Numbered from the stretch's first letter, positions 1 through 9,640 are shown. The stretch is DNA of 64,000 bases from Clostridia bacterium (GCA_029068165.1 JAIEDA010000011.1:58-64057), one strand, 5' to 3'. The notes: generated by a model from the letters alone, not told the origin. Numbers and translations are program-made.

Positions 1-157
1 TAATAATTGACTTTGCATTTAGTGTTTAATTTGTACACTTTGCTTAAAGTTTGAAATAGTTTTTTGCAAAATTTTATTTCCGCTCTTCCCTATTTCATCC
101 TCTTGTTTAGTTGTTAAGGTGCTTTTGCTTTCAACCTTTAAAGTCGCAAGCCATATT

Positions 158-186
158 ATAATACCACAACGAAATTAAGGTGTCAA
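158..186 (-). promoter_or_regulatory. sigma-70-type promoter firing leftward out of the window
   Basis: The minus strand reads TTGACA (181-186), a 17-nt spacer, then TGgTATTAT (158-163 with TG extension). It lies inside the weak ORF 131-397. Confidence 0.45.
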
Positions 187-484
187 CTACTTTTTTTAAC
201 TTTTTATAAAAATTTTTTCTCCTAATTATTGCCATTTTTTTAGAAAGTATACTGCTAACGCGGAAAACGTTCAAAGTCAGCCGCACTAAGAGAACCAATC
301 GTCGCCCCGACTCGTCTAAGAAGTCGCTATCAGTCGCAAAGAATATTAAACGACCGTTCCACCGCTTGATAGCGCGGTTGATTTCTATACTCGACAAGTA
401 AAAAAGATGTCGTTTAACCTCTTTATTTCGACTTATTCAATATGTTAAACTATCTATAATAAAAACTTAAGAGAGGAAAAAATT

Positions 485-697
485 ATGAGAATTATAGTCG
501 GTGAAAGAATAAAAGAATTGATTAGCGATTTTCGTATCAATCAAACTCAGCTTGCCAAAAAAATAGGCGTTAGACAAGACACCGTCGGCGCGTGGATAGC
601 CGGCAAAAGCGAACCCTGCATAGGTTTTCTTTGGATGATTGCCGATTACTTTGACGTAGATATAGATTATCTAGTAGGTCGCAAAGAATATTCGTAA
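485..697 (+). CDS. XRE (Cro/C1) family helix-turn-helix transcriptional regulator
   Basis: 70 aa. The HTH segment INQTQLAKKIGVRQDTVGAWIAG is present. A GAGAGGA RBS lies about 7 nt upstream of the ATG. Confidence 0.8.
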   Translation: MRIIVGERIKELISDFRINQTQLAKKIGVRQDTVGAWIAGKSEPCIGFLWMIADYFDVDIDYLVGRKEYS

Positions 698-835
698 TCA
701 AAACAATTTATTGATATAAATTATTTATATAATATTATAATAAAAATTATAAAAAAGTATTTACAAGCGTAGATTTGGTGTGATATACTTGTTTTGGTGC
801 ATTATCACCGTATAATGATTTTGGAGGATTAAGAA

Positions 836-2449
836 ATGTCTGATAAGAAAACAGTTCTTATTACGGGAGCATCGGGCTCTATGGGTAGCCAAGTGCTAAA
901 ATGCGTGATGGGAACGGGAAAATTCAACTGTATTATATTGTTGAGAAAAAAGAGTTCAAACGAAAAATTAAGAGAAGAGCTTTTGAAAAAGTATGCTAAA
1001 ATCAGGACCGGCGGCAAATTGGAGGTTGTATTTGGCGACATATCCAATAGAACCGACTGCGACAAGGTTATTGAAAAGAGCGATTACGTATTACACTGCG
1101 CGGCTGTTATTCCGCCAATCTCCGACCACGACCCCAAGGGCGCGGAGAAGACCAACTACGAAGGCGCTAGAAACTTGATCGACGCTATTAAGGCAAGTCC
1201 TAGAGCAGACGAAATCAAGTACGTTCACGTCGGCACGGTAGCCGAGTACGGCAACCGCAACTGGAAACATCCTTGGGGACGCGTAGGCGATCCGTTGGTT
1301 CCGAGCGTATACGACTTCTACGCAATCACCAAGCTAAAAGCCGAGAGATACTTGCTTGAGGCTGAACTTCCCCACTGGGTAGTATTAAGACAGTCAGGCG
1401 TATTGCACGACAACCTCTTCAAAAACAATATGAGCGACGGACTTATGTTCCACACCTGTTGGAACGTGCCTATCGAATGGGCAACCGCAAGAGATTCCGG
1501 TCTTGCGCTCCAGCACTTGGTTGAATTCGACACCGAGGGCAAACTTCCCGAAAAATTTTGGCAAAATATTTACAACATCGGCAACGGCGAAACTTGCCGT
1601 GTAACCGGTTACGAAACTATGGGCGCAGGTTTTGCTCTTATGGGCGCAAAAGCCGAGCAGTTCTTCAAGCCTAACTGGTGCGCCGAGAGAAACTTCCACT
1701 GCTTCTGGTACTACGATTCCGACGTACTCAACGACTACCTCGATTTCCGTAGAGAAACTTGGAAAGACTTTTGGAAGCACATGGGCAAACGCAACTGGTA
1801 CTTCAAGTTTGGCGCGCTTTTGCCGAAGAGCTTCCTAAGCAAACTTACTATCCAAAAATTGTTTAAAAACTCCAACTCCCCGATGTTCTGGTATAATTAC
1901 AATATCGACGGACGTATCACAGCATTCTACGGCTCAAGAGAGAGATTCGAGGAAATCGGCACTGATTGGAGCAAGTTCCCGCTGTTTTGCAAGAACCAAA
2001 TCAAGGACGAGAACGGAAACGTTGTCGACTATCAAGAAAGAAGAGATATCAACAACGCTAAGAAATATTTGCTAAGCCACGGCTACGACGAGAGCAAGCC
2101 GACCGAAGAGCTTGATATCGAAGATATGAAGCAAGCCGCTGAATTCAGAGGCGGTAAAGTCGTAAGCGAAACTATGGAAAAGGGCGAGCTTTACAAGAAA
2201 ATCAAATGGCAATGCCACAACGGTCACGAATTCGAGTCTTCCCCGTTCACGATCATCAAGGCGGGACACTGGTGCCCCGTATGCTGCACTCCGGCTCCTT
2301 GGAACTTCGACGAGCTGTCTAAGCATATACCGTTCTTTGCGCAGGTATGGTACGATTCTCACGACAAAGAAGAAGCGAATACTTTCTCCGCAGATTGCTA
2401 TATGGACATAATCGAGAAAGAAAACGAATTGAAAAAAAAGAAAAAATAA
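836..2449 (+). CDS. NAD(P)-dependent epimerase/dehydratase-fold (extended SDR) protein with a long C-terminal extension ending in a zinc-ribbon-like cluster
   Basis: N-terminal Rossmann motif VLITGASGSMGSQV. 537 aa. C-terminal KWQCHNGHEFESSPFTIIKAGHWCPVCC. A GGAGGA RBS precedes the ATG. Confidence 0.7.
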   Translation: MSDKKTVLITGASGSMGSQVLKCVMGTGKFNCIILLRKKSSNEKLREELLKKYAKIRTGGKLEVVFGDISNRTDCDKVIEKSDYVLHCAAVIPPISDHDPKGAEKTNYEGARNLIDAIKASPRADEIKYVHVGTVAEYGNRNWKHPWGRVGDPLVPSVYDFYAITKLKAERYLLEAELPHWVVLRQSGVLHDNLFKNNMSDGLMFHTCWNVPIEWATARDSGLALQHLVEFDTEGKLPEKFWQNIYNIGNGETCRVTGYETMGAGFALMGAKAEQFFKPNWCAERNFHCFWYYDSDVLNDYLDFRRETWKDFWKHMGKRNWYFKFGALLPKSFLSKLTIQKLFKNSNSPMFWYNYNIDGRITAFYGSRERFEEIGTDWSKFPLFCKNQIKDENGNVVDYQERRDINNAKKYLLSHGYDESKPTEELDIEDMKQAAEFRGGKVVSETMEKGELYKKIKWQCHNGHEFESSPFTIIKAGHWCPVCCTPAPWNFDELSKHIPFFAQVWYDSHDKEEANTFSADCYMDIIEKENELKKKKK

Positions 2450-2470
2450 AATTTATTTAGAGGTATATAA

Positions 2471-3673
2471 ATGGAAAGATATCAACAGGGTCCTTCTACC
2501 CAAAAACACGAATTTAAAAACGTATTTATTTGCGGCGGTACGGGTTTTCTAGGCTACTACTCCGCAAAAGAATTCCTTAATAAGGGAGCTAAGGTAGGCG
2601 TTCTTGCTCTCCAAGGCGAACTTACTCTTACCGCCGACTGGTGGCCTAGCGAAATCGAAGTCAATTACGGCAGACTCTTCAACCTCAAACCCGGCGACGA
2701 TTCTCCGACCGTAACCAAAGAAGAGCTCGTAAAGATGTTTGAGGGTTACGACACTCTCGTATACGCCGTAGGTCCGGACGATAGAATGCACACCCCTAAA
2801 GACGTGACTGGTTACGACTTCTTCCATACCTATCTCGTCGATAAAGTTATCCCCGTATTCGAGGCTGCTAAAGAAGCAGGCGTAAAGAAAGCTATTTTGC
2901 TCAACTCCTATTTCGCATACTTCGATAGAAGATGGCCCGAGAGCCGTCTTGCCGAAAGACATCCTTACATTAGAGTTAGAGTTGAGCAATCCGAAGCTCT
3001 TATCAAAGTTGGCGGCGGCGTTGACAACGGCGGTATGGACGTAGTAGTTCTTGAACTCCCGTACATCTTCGGAAGTATGCCCGGTCGTACTCCGCTTTGG
3101 AAAGAGGTTTTCCTTGATAGATTTGCAGGTATGCCCGCTATCTTCTTCCCGAAGGGCGGCACAAATATGATACACGTAAACGGTATCGCTGAGTCGGTAG
3201 TTGCCGCAGCTTATTACGGTCAGCACGGCGACAAACTCCCTATCGGTAACAAAGACTGGAAGTTTAAAGATATGATCAACCTCATTATGGAAACTATCGG
3301 TTGTAAGAAGAGATACTTCGGCGTAAGCGCAGGCATCGCTGCAATGGGCGTAAAGATGACCGTTGTAAAGAAACTCAAGAAAGACCGTCAAGAAAGCGGT
3401 TTGAACTACAACTACTTAATGCAAGACATTCAATCCAAAGACCTCTACTACGAGGACGACGTAGAGAAAGTTCAAGAGTATCTACACTACAACGAACTTG
3501 GCTACAACGGCGGCGGCACTATCGAAGAAGGTATACGTATGACGGCAAAAGCTTGCTATCCGCATAGATTTGACGAAAACGGCAACCTTATCGAAAAATG
3601 GCAAGGCGTCAACCCTGTTAAAGCTGAAACCGCTGAAAACAACGTTTTCGTAAATAAAGGCAAAAAGAAATAA
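2471..3673 (+). CDS. atypical SDR / NAD(P)H-binding domain protein
   Basis: Glycine-rich motif VFICGGTGFLGYYSAKEF. 400 aa. It starts 22 nt after the previous gene with an AGAGG RBS. Confidence 0.65.
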   Translation: MERYQQGPSTQKHEFKNVFICGGTGFLGYYSAKEFLNKGAKVGVLALQGELTLTADWWPSEIEVNYGRLFNLKPGDDSPTVTKEELVKMFEGYDTLVYAVGPDDRMHTPKDVTGYDFFHTYLVDKVIPVFEAAKEAGVKKAILLNSYFAYFDRRWPESRLAERHPYIRVRVEQSEALIKVGGGVDNGGMDVVVLELPYIFGSMPGRTPLWKEVFLDRFAGMPAIFFPKGGTNMIHVNGIAESVVAAAYYGQHGDKLPIGNKDWKFKDMINLIMETIGCKKRYFGVSAGIAAMGVKMTVVKKLKKDRQESGLNYNYLMQDIQSKDLYYEDDVEKVQEYLHYNELGYNGGGTIEEGIRMTAKACYPHRFDENGNLIEKWQGVNPVKAETAENNVFVNKGKKK

Positions 3674-3692
3674 TCTTTTAAACGACAAAATC

Positions 3693-3734
3693 AAAATGCT
3701 CTCGAATGAAAAGTTTGGGAGCATTTTATTTTTT
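3693..3734 (+). terminator. rho-independent terminator after the SDR pair
   Basis: Stem AAAATGCTC (3693-3701) pairs with GAGCATTTT (3719-3727). It is followed by ATTTTTT. Confidence 0.6.
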
Positions 3735-3863
3735 AAGCTATCCACCTCTCTATTTATATAGGCAAACGTAGGTTTTTTAACAAACTTTGATACGATTTCC
3801 AGCCAATTCGCCGTATTTTACTGCCCTTTTTGCAATAGCGTATGCAATTTTCAAATATAGCGC

Positions 3864-3892
3864 TTGACCGAAAATACGAAAGTATTTATAAT
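3864..3892 (+). promoter_or_regulatory. sigma-70-type promoter of the aldehyde dehydrogenase gene
   Basis: TTGACC (3864-3869), a 17-nt spacer, then TATAAT (3887-3892). Confidence 0.55.
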
Positions 3893-3987
3893 TATTTTAA
3901 TCAAACGACGACTGCAATCTTACTGTTGTGGCTTCGTGTTCACAAAGCTAAATAGTAAATAAAAAATCAAAATGACAGGTGAATTAA

Positions 3988-5361
3988 ATGAGTGAAATAT
4001 CGAAGATAATAGAACGTCATAATGAGTTTTTCAAAAGCAATAAGACTTTGGACGTAAAATTCAGGCTTAAGTACCTGAAACTGCTTTACACCGCAATCAA
4101 AAACAATTTAACCGAATTGCACGAAGGATTAAAACTCGATCTCGGCAAGTCCGAAAACGAGAGTTTTATGTGCGAAACAGGACTTGCGTTGAGCGAACTT
4201 ACGCATACAATTAAACATTTGAAAAAATACGTAAAACCGCAAATCGTAAAAACTCCGATTGCGCAATTCCCTTCAAAGAGCTATAGAATACCCTGCCCTT
4301 ACGGCGTAGTACTGATAATGAACCCTTGGAACTATCCGTTCCTGCTATCTATAACCCCGCTTATCGAAGCGATAGCCGCGGGCAATACCGTAATTTTGAA
4401 ACTTAGCGCTTATTCCCCCAACGTCAATAAAGCTATAATAAAAACTTTGGAAAGCGTATTTGAGAGCGGTTACGTTGACGTTGTGTGCGGCAACTCGGCA
4501 GTAATCAGCGAATTGTTGGAACAAAAATTCGACTATATATTTTTTACGGGAAGTAAGCGCGTAGGTCAAATAGTCTACGAAAAAGCTGCTAAAAATCTAA
4601 CCCCCGTATCGCTCGAACTCGGCGGAAAATCGCCCTGCATAATCGACGAAACGGCGGACGTTCCGCTTGCCGCAAGACGTATCGTATGGGGAAAATACCT
4701 AAATCACGGGCAAACTTGCGTTGCGCCTGATTACGTTCTTTGTCACAAGACCATCCGCGAGCAATTAATAGCTGAGATTAAAAAACAAATCGACTTACAA
4801 TTCTCCGCGAATCCGCTAGAAAATGAAAATTACGGTAAAGTCATAAATAAAAAACACTTTGACCGATTAATAGGACTGTTGGATATGCAAAAGGTAGTTC
4901 ACGGCGGACGCTCGGACGAAGAACGACTAAAAATCGAGCCTACCGTCTTGGATAACGTAAACTGCGACGACGCCGTTATGCAAGAAGAAATATTCGGACC
5001 GATATTGCCGATAATGACTTATGAGAAAGAGGAAGAAATAATATCGTTTGTTTCAAGCAATCCCGCGCCGCTTGCGCTGTACGTGTTCTCAAAAGACAAA
5101 AAACGGATAGATAGACTCACTACCCGACTCAGCTTCGGCGGCGGCTGTATAAACGACGTCGTAATACATATCGCATCGTCGAATTTGCCTTTCGGCGGAT
5201 TTAAGGACAGCGGCATTGGCGCATATCACGGAAAAGCCGGCTTTGATACATTTACTCACTATAAAAGTATCGTAAATAAAAGTACGCTGATAGATTTGCC
5301 AATGCGCTACCAACCTTACAAAGAAGCTTATCAAAAACTAATAAGAAAAGTTATGCGATAA
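3988..5361 (+). CDS. aldehyde dehydrogenase (class 3-like, NAD(P)+)
   Basis: 457 aa. Family motifs are ELGGKSPCIID (catalytic Glu region), GQTCVAPDYVL (catalytic Cys) and EEIFGPILPI. Confidence 0.9.
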   Translation: MSEISKIIERHNEFFKSNKTLDVKFRLKYLKLLYTAIKNNLTELHEGLKLDLGKSENESFMCETGLALSELTHTIKHLKKYVKPQIVKTPIAQFPSKSYRIPCPYGVVLIMNPWNYPFLLSITPLIEAIAAGNTVILKLSAYSPNVNKAIIKTLESVFESGYVDVVCGNSAVISELLEQKFDYIFFTGSKRVGQIVYEKAAKNLTPVSLELGGKSPCIIDETADVPLAARRIVWGKYLNHGQTCVAPDYVLCHKTIREQLIAEIKKQIDLQFSANPLENENYGKVINKKHFDRLIGLLDMQKVVHGGRSDEERLKIEPTVLDNVNCDDAVMQEEIFGPILPIMTYEKEEEIISFVSSNPAPLALYVFSKDKKRIDRLTTRLSFGGGCINDVVIHIASSNLPFGGFKDSGIGAYHGKAGFDTFTHYKSIVNKSTLIDLPMRYQPYKEAYQKLIRKVMR

Positions 5362-5383
5362 CCACTTAAATATCAAATTACTG

Positions 5384-5413
5384 CGCGCCCCATTTAGGGG
5401 CGTGGAATTTTTT
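5384..5413 (+). terminator. rho-independent terminator after the aldehyde dehydrogenase gene
   Basis: GC stem CGCGCCCC / GGGGCGTG with loop ATTTA, followed by AATTTTTT. Confidence 0.6.
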
Positions 5414-5475
5414 ACACGTAATGATATTAAAGAATGAATTTGCTAATTTCACTAGTCTATATCAAATTGTTCAAA

Positions 5476-5548
5476 GATTCTTCAACTTCACTTAGTTGTG
5501 CTCAGCTATTTCAATTCGTCATATTGAGCGAAGTCGAAATATCGAATC
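5476..5548 (-). repeat. imperfect long inverted repeat (candidate structured RNA or REP-like element) downstream of the NUDIX gene
   Basis: Arms are GATTCTTCAACTTCACT (5476-5492) and AGCGAAGTCGAAATATCGAATC (5527-5548). That gives 5+12 paired positions with a 5-nt bulge. The two non-Watson-Crick positions are G.U on the minus-strand RNA and A.C on the plus-strand RNA. Confidence 0.35.
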
Positions 5549-5697
5549 CTTTAAAAAATATCCAAAACGGCTTTTCAAAAATAACGGACTTATAAGGCGA
5601 TAAGCGGGGCTCACGATTATTACGCTCATAGTTTTTGGTTTAACTAAGTTACGAAGTTTATCCAAGTAGCGCGAAAAAATATACTTTTTAGTCTTGA

Positions 5698-6231
5698 CTA
5701 GACTGCCTTAATGGCGAACCTTAGAATTGCAATTATAGTCTTGGCGTCTTTTATCTCGTTCCGCTCTACCATTTTTAACGCTTCGTCAAACTTGATTTTG
5801 CGTACGTTGAGAAGCTCGTGCTCGTCAAGATTATTCTCTCCTATTTCAAAGTCCGTTGCGATAAATATATGCAACGGCTCGTCGGTATAACCCGGACTAG
5901 GATATACGACGCCTAAATCGACGAGCGAATTGGCTGTTAAGCCGACTTCTTCTTTGAGCTCGCGCAAAGCGCAATCATACGCGCTCTCGCCTTTATCGAC
6001 TTTGCCTGCGGGAATCTCAAGGAGCATTTCTCCATACGGATATCTAAACTGCTCGACAAAATATGCAAACCCGTCCTTATCTACCGCAAGTACTCCGCTT
6101 CCGCCGTTGTGATGGACGTACTCGCGCATACAATCGCTCCCGTCGGCGAGTCGCACTTCGTCGTTGTATAGCTCTAAAATTCTACCTTTGTAAACTAAGT
6201 TTTCTTTCTTCGTAGTTTCTTTGCAATCCAT
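5698..6231 (-). CDS. NUDIX hydrolase (ADP-ribose pyrophosphatase-like)
   Basis: 177 aa. The Nudix box is GKVDKGESAYDCALRELKEEVGL. Confidence 0.85.
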   Translation of the reverse strand: MDCKETTKKENLVYKGRILELYNDEVRLADGSDCMREYVHHNGGSGVLAVDKDGFAYFVEQFRYPYGEMLLEIPAGKVDKGESAYDCALRELKEEVGLTANSLVDLGVVYPSPGYTDEPLHIFIATDFEIGENNLDEHELLNVRKIKFDEALKMVERNEIKDAKTIIAILRFAIKAV

Positions 6232-6265
6232 ATTTTGCTCCTTAAAACTATTTTCCGACTAAATT

Positions 6266-7312
6266 TTATTCCGATTTTTTCTTCGTACCATAGACAAAAT
6301 ATTCTATTGAAGAACGAATTGCATTTAAAGTGACAAACAAACCCAACGCTGTTATATATGTAAATCCCAACAACATCGGATCAAGCGAAGCAAAAAAAGT
6401 CGACGCGTCAAGCTGAATTCCTTTGGCTAGAAATATTTCAGCCGCCAACAACACCGGCACAATCGTGAAGAATAATCCGAACAACATCGGAACCATTACG
6501 TGTTTGAAGAAAGGTATAAAGCTATATAAAGCGCAAATCGCCACTAATCCCGCCATAATAAAGAATATTCCCAAAAACTGCGGAACTTTGTCGTTGACGC
6601 TGTAATGCATCCAAATTAATAAAGCTCCGACAACTATAGGCAATAGCAAAAATAGCGTGCCGCCAATAAGCATTCCCTTAGACTCACGAAGTCTAAAGCT
6701 AGTGTCATATCCCAACAATCTTTTGTACTTAATAGGGATACCTGCGCACGATCGAACGAAATAACCCAAAAATTCTATAGGAATAGCTACTTTGGCAGGC
6801 ATCGGTCTACCTGAATCGAAAAATAGTACGACTTTGAATTTATTGCGGTCGCGCATAACTACAATGTTCGTCACTTGACTTTTTTCATACATAAAGCTGA
6901 CTTCAAGATTGACGACTTCGATATTATCTTTATAGACCGTCAACGCGCTTCTAAAAATATTAACGTTTGACATCGCGCCGCTTTGTGAGTTACGCGCGAA
7001 TAAATTCATAAGTTTTCCCCACAAGCCGAATATCATTACGACCGTAAATGCAGTCAAAAATACGAACACGACAATCGTTGAAATATGATTGGCTACTCCT
7101 TCACCTTTGGGCGAAACGGCGATACTATAGATAATCCATACTAGCAAAGCCAGTAATACCGCAAAAAAATAATATGTCGACGGCGATTTCAGCACTTTTT
7201 TTAGCTTGACTGTACGGTCGAAAATACTCTTCGAGTCGTCAAACTCAAAAATAGGGTCGCCAAAACCCGTTTCGTTTTCGTTGTAATTCATAGAAGAATT
7301 ATAGATATCCAT
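6266..7312 (-). CDS. polytopic membrane protein of unknown function
   Basis: 348 aa. There are several long hydrophobic segments, for example YYFFAVLLALLVWIIYSIAV and LFGLFFTIVPVLLAAEIFLA. I recognise no family motif. Confidence 0.6.
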   Translation of the reverse strand: MDIYNSSMNYNENETGFGDPIFEFDDSKSIFDRTVKLKKVLKSPSTYYFFAVLLALLVWIIYSIAVSPKGEGVANHISTIVVFVFLTAFTVVMIFGLWGKLMNLFARNSQSGAMSNVNIFRSALTVYKDNIEVVNLEVSFMYEKSQVTNIVVMRDRNKFKVVLFFDSGRPMPAKVAIPIEFLGYFVRSCAGIPIKYKRLLGYDTSFRLRESKGMLIGGTLFLLLPIVVGALLIWMHYSVNDKVPQFLGIFFIMAGLVAICALYSFIPFFKHVMVPMLFGLFFTIVPVLLAAEIFLAKGIQLDASTFFASLDPMLLGFTYITALGLFVTLNAIRSSIEYFVYGTKKKSE

Positions 7313-7368
7313 CGCGCACCTTAATTATTATAATATTATTACAATATAATTATATCACGGCTTAATAC

Positions 7369-7399
7369 AAAAGGCAACGGCTATCGCCGTTGCCTTTTT
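7369..7399 (-). terminator. rho-independent terminator (hairpin flanked by an A-run and a T-run)
   Basis: Perfect 9-bp stem GGCAACGGC / GCCGTTGCC (7373-7394) with a 4-nt loop. AAAA lies on one side and TTTTT on the other. It lies just downstream of the 7436-9640 gene on the minus strand. Confidence 0.7.
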
Positions 7400-7435
7400 C
7401 GTCACACAATTTGATTATGCTTACCGATTGTCGGA

Positions 7436-9640
7436 CTACTGAATACTGTTCATAATTTGTTTGAACACTTTTTCCGATTTCTCAGCAAAGTCGCTGTCGG
7501 CAAACAAGTTGTACTGATTGAGAGAAGTTATATCCAAGCTAAGCTCGCTCTTAACGGTTTCTTGATAGTTCTCCTTTATGGTAGTAACCTCCACTTCGAT
7601 TGCTTCAATAGCCGTCTTATCCTCGTTGCCGTCCTCGTCGGTCGCGTAAGTGATTTTTACGCTGTAATCGTAAACGTAATCAATTCCCTTGATATACATT
7701 TCTACCTCGTTATCCTCGCTATCGGTAGCGGTTTGGGTCGTAAAACTTCCCTTGTTCTCATCAACAGGCAATCCCGTCACCATTACGATATGGATACCGT
7801 AATCGTTTACTATAAAGGATATTTTAGCGCCGTCTTCGGTGACTAAAGTAAAGATATCCGTTTCGATTGCGTCTTCGTCCTCTCCAACGGAAGAAGAAGC
7901 TTGGGTCTTGTAAATCGTATACTTTCCGTTTGCGGCTTTCAATATTGCCGTATCTCCGCCGTAAGCCACTTCGTCGCTAATCGTTTCGCCGGCGCTGTAA
8001 TCGGAGATAGCCGTTGCGCCAACGCCCTCGTCCGTCAAGGCTCTAGCCAAAACCGTATATTCAGGAACGTAAGTCGTTGCTTCGCCGTGGGGAGTAACAG
8101 CATAGAAATCGTTGCTGAACATTCCGCTGTCGTCGTTTACGAGATTTATCCAGTCGTTGAAAGCCTGCTTAGACGCGTATTCTTTTACCAAATACTGCTC
8201 AAGCTCCGACATATCTTTAGCAGCTTGCATTGCCAAATCTACTTTGCCTTGTATATCCGTAGCCATTGCGTAGAGTATCGTCAAGAAATCTACCGACGGA
8301 TTTGCGTACGCGTTGTCTACGTCCTCGATAGTCGCGTCGGTGTAAGCGTCCTTAAGTTCGTCCTCGTCGGCGTCGTAATCGGGGTTGGAAACGTTGACTT
8401 TAATACCCAATTTGGTATAAAGCTTCAACATATCTTCGTCGATACTTCCGTCCGCGAATCCCGTAGCGATAGCCGCTCTAAAAGATTTAACCATGTCTTC
8501 GTTGTTGGGATACATAGAAGTCAAGTGCTTCAAAGCCGCGCTTTGAGCTTCGGAGAAAGAAAGAAGTATGCTCTTTACTTGTATATAAGATTTGCTCGGA
8601 GCGGCATACGTAAACGTACCTGCGCTCACTGCCGAAGAGAAATCTTCTTGCTCTACGTAAGACTTTAGATCCGCTTCTACTTGCTTGTTGTATCTTACCG
8701 TAACGTTGGAATCTACGTTGTCTACGACTTCGCTGATAGTGCCAACGTGGTCGGTGTATTTTTCAACGATATAACCGCATATTTCTTGAGTGAGGAAGTA
8801 ATCGTAATCGAGAATTTCCCCAAGATCGTTCTTGACGGACTTGAGCGCGCTTCTCATATTGTCGTACGCTTCCTTGTCGGCAACTTTATTTCTTATAATC
8901 GTATTAACAAAATTGAAGAAATAAGCGTTTTCGATATTAGAGCTATCGAGCTCTATTTCGTATTTATCGGCAAAGTACTTGACGATGTCAGCGTCCGTCT
9001 TGACGTCAGAGTTTTCTTCGTACTCGTCGGACTCCTCTTCCTCTTCGGAAGTTATTTTCGAACGAGCTGCGAGGTATTCGGTATCGTCCTTATCCTCTTC
9101 GTCGTCTTCGTCGGTCGTAGCGTTGTTCTTCTTGTTGGCGCTCTCTTCCTCTTCGATATAGTCCTGCCAGTTGTCGTAGAAAGAATTATTAGCCTGTTCA
9201 ATACAGTATCTAAATTCGTCCACGGTCAAAAACTCTCTATAAGCCGCAACCGCGCTGTTTTCCTTAAACGCGTTCCAATCTCCTAGCGTAGCGTAACGGC
9301 TGGTAAAATCGCTTGCAGCGAGTTTGTTCTTATACAAGTAGTCCAACGCGTAAAGTACGACCAGCTTTTGTCTAGTGAGAGAGTTGTAGAAATACTCTAC
9401 AACCTGCTCCGCCGTCCAACCGAGCTGACTGATATAAGAAGCTCCGTAAGCGTTGACGTAAGTCACTACTTCGCCCTTATACACCACGTTGGTCAATACG
9501 CCGTCGCCGGTATCGTAACTTACTACCGCCAGCACTTGATGATAATCCCTGTTCGTATTCGTGCCGAACAGCGAACAGCCTGTCAAAAATGCCGCCGCTA
9601 AAACGACTATAAGTACGAAAGCAACAATCTTCTTTTTCAT
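7436..9640 (-). CDS. large secreted lipoprotein with a polyacidic insert; possibly a SurA/PrsA-like foldase relative
   Basis: Lipobox signal peptide MKKKIVAFVLIVVLAAAFLTGC. Acidic low-complexity block EEEESANKKNNATTDEDDEEDKDD...SEEEEESDEYEENSD. The C-terminal YGIHIVMV resembles the end of a parvulin domain. Its position next to mfd matches the foldase position in many Firmicutes. The functional call is weak. Confidence 0.6.
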   Translation of the reverse strand: MKKKIVAFVLIVVLAAAFLTGCSLFGTNTNRDYHQVLAVVSYDTGDGVLTNVVYKGEVVTYVNAYGASYISQLGWTAEQVVEYFYNSLTRQKLVVLYALDYLYKNKLAASDFTSRYATLGDWNAFKENSAVAAYREFLTVDEFRYCIEQANNSFYDNWQDYIEEEESANKKNNATTDEDDEEDKDDTEYLAARSKITSEEEEESDEYEENSDVKTDADIVKYFADKYEIELDSSNIENAYFFNFVNTIIRNKVADKEAYDNMRSALKSVKNDLGEILDYDYFLTQEICGYIVEKYTDHVGTISEVVDNVDSNVTVRYNKQVEADLKSYVEQEDFSSAVSAGTFTYAAPSKSYIQVKSILLSFSEAQSAALKHLTSMYPNNEDMVKSFRAAIATGFADGSIDEDMLKLYTKLGIKVNVSNPDYDADEDELKDAYTDATIEDVDNAYANPSVDFLTILYAMATDIQGKVDLAMQAAKDMSELEQYLVKEYASKQAFNDWINLVNDDSGMFSNDFYAVTPHGEATTYVPEYTVLARALTDEGVGATAISDYSAGETISDEVAYGGDTAILKAANGKYTIYKTQASSSVGEDEDAIETDIFTLVTEDGAKISFIVNDYGIHIVMVTGLPVDENKGSFTTQTATDSEDNEVEMYIKGIDYVYDYSVKITYATDEDGNEDKTAIEAIEVEVTTIKENYQETVKSELSLDITSLNQYNLFADSDFAEKSEKVFKQIMNSIQ

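Noticed and set aside
131-397. 88-aa minus-strand ORF at the left edge of the window
   Set aside because: It has a TTG start, no RBS and no recognisable motif. A near-consensus leftward promoter (158-186) sits inside it. It is more likely noncoding leader or promoter DNA for a gene outside the window.
2549-3391. 280-aa ORF antisense to the second SDR gene, and similar long antisense ORFs (for example 1394-1780, 15831-16466, 24582-25019, 34777-35271)
   Set aside because: These are shadow ORFs on the opposite strand of genes with clear family motifs. They have no RBS and low-complexity or odd composition.
7901-9286. 255-aa and 201-aa plus-strand ORFs opposite the 734-aa lipoprotein gene
   Set aside because: These are antisense shadows of a gene with a clear lipobox and start context. 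Their V/F/R-rich composition is typical of reverse-frame artefacts.
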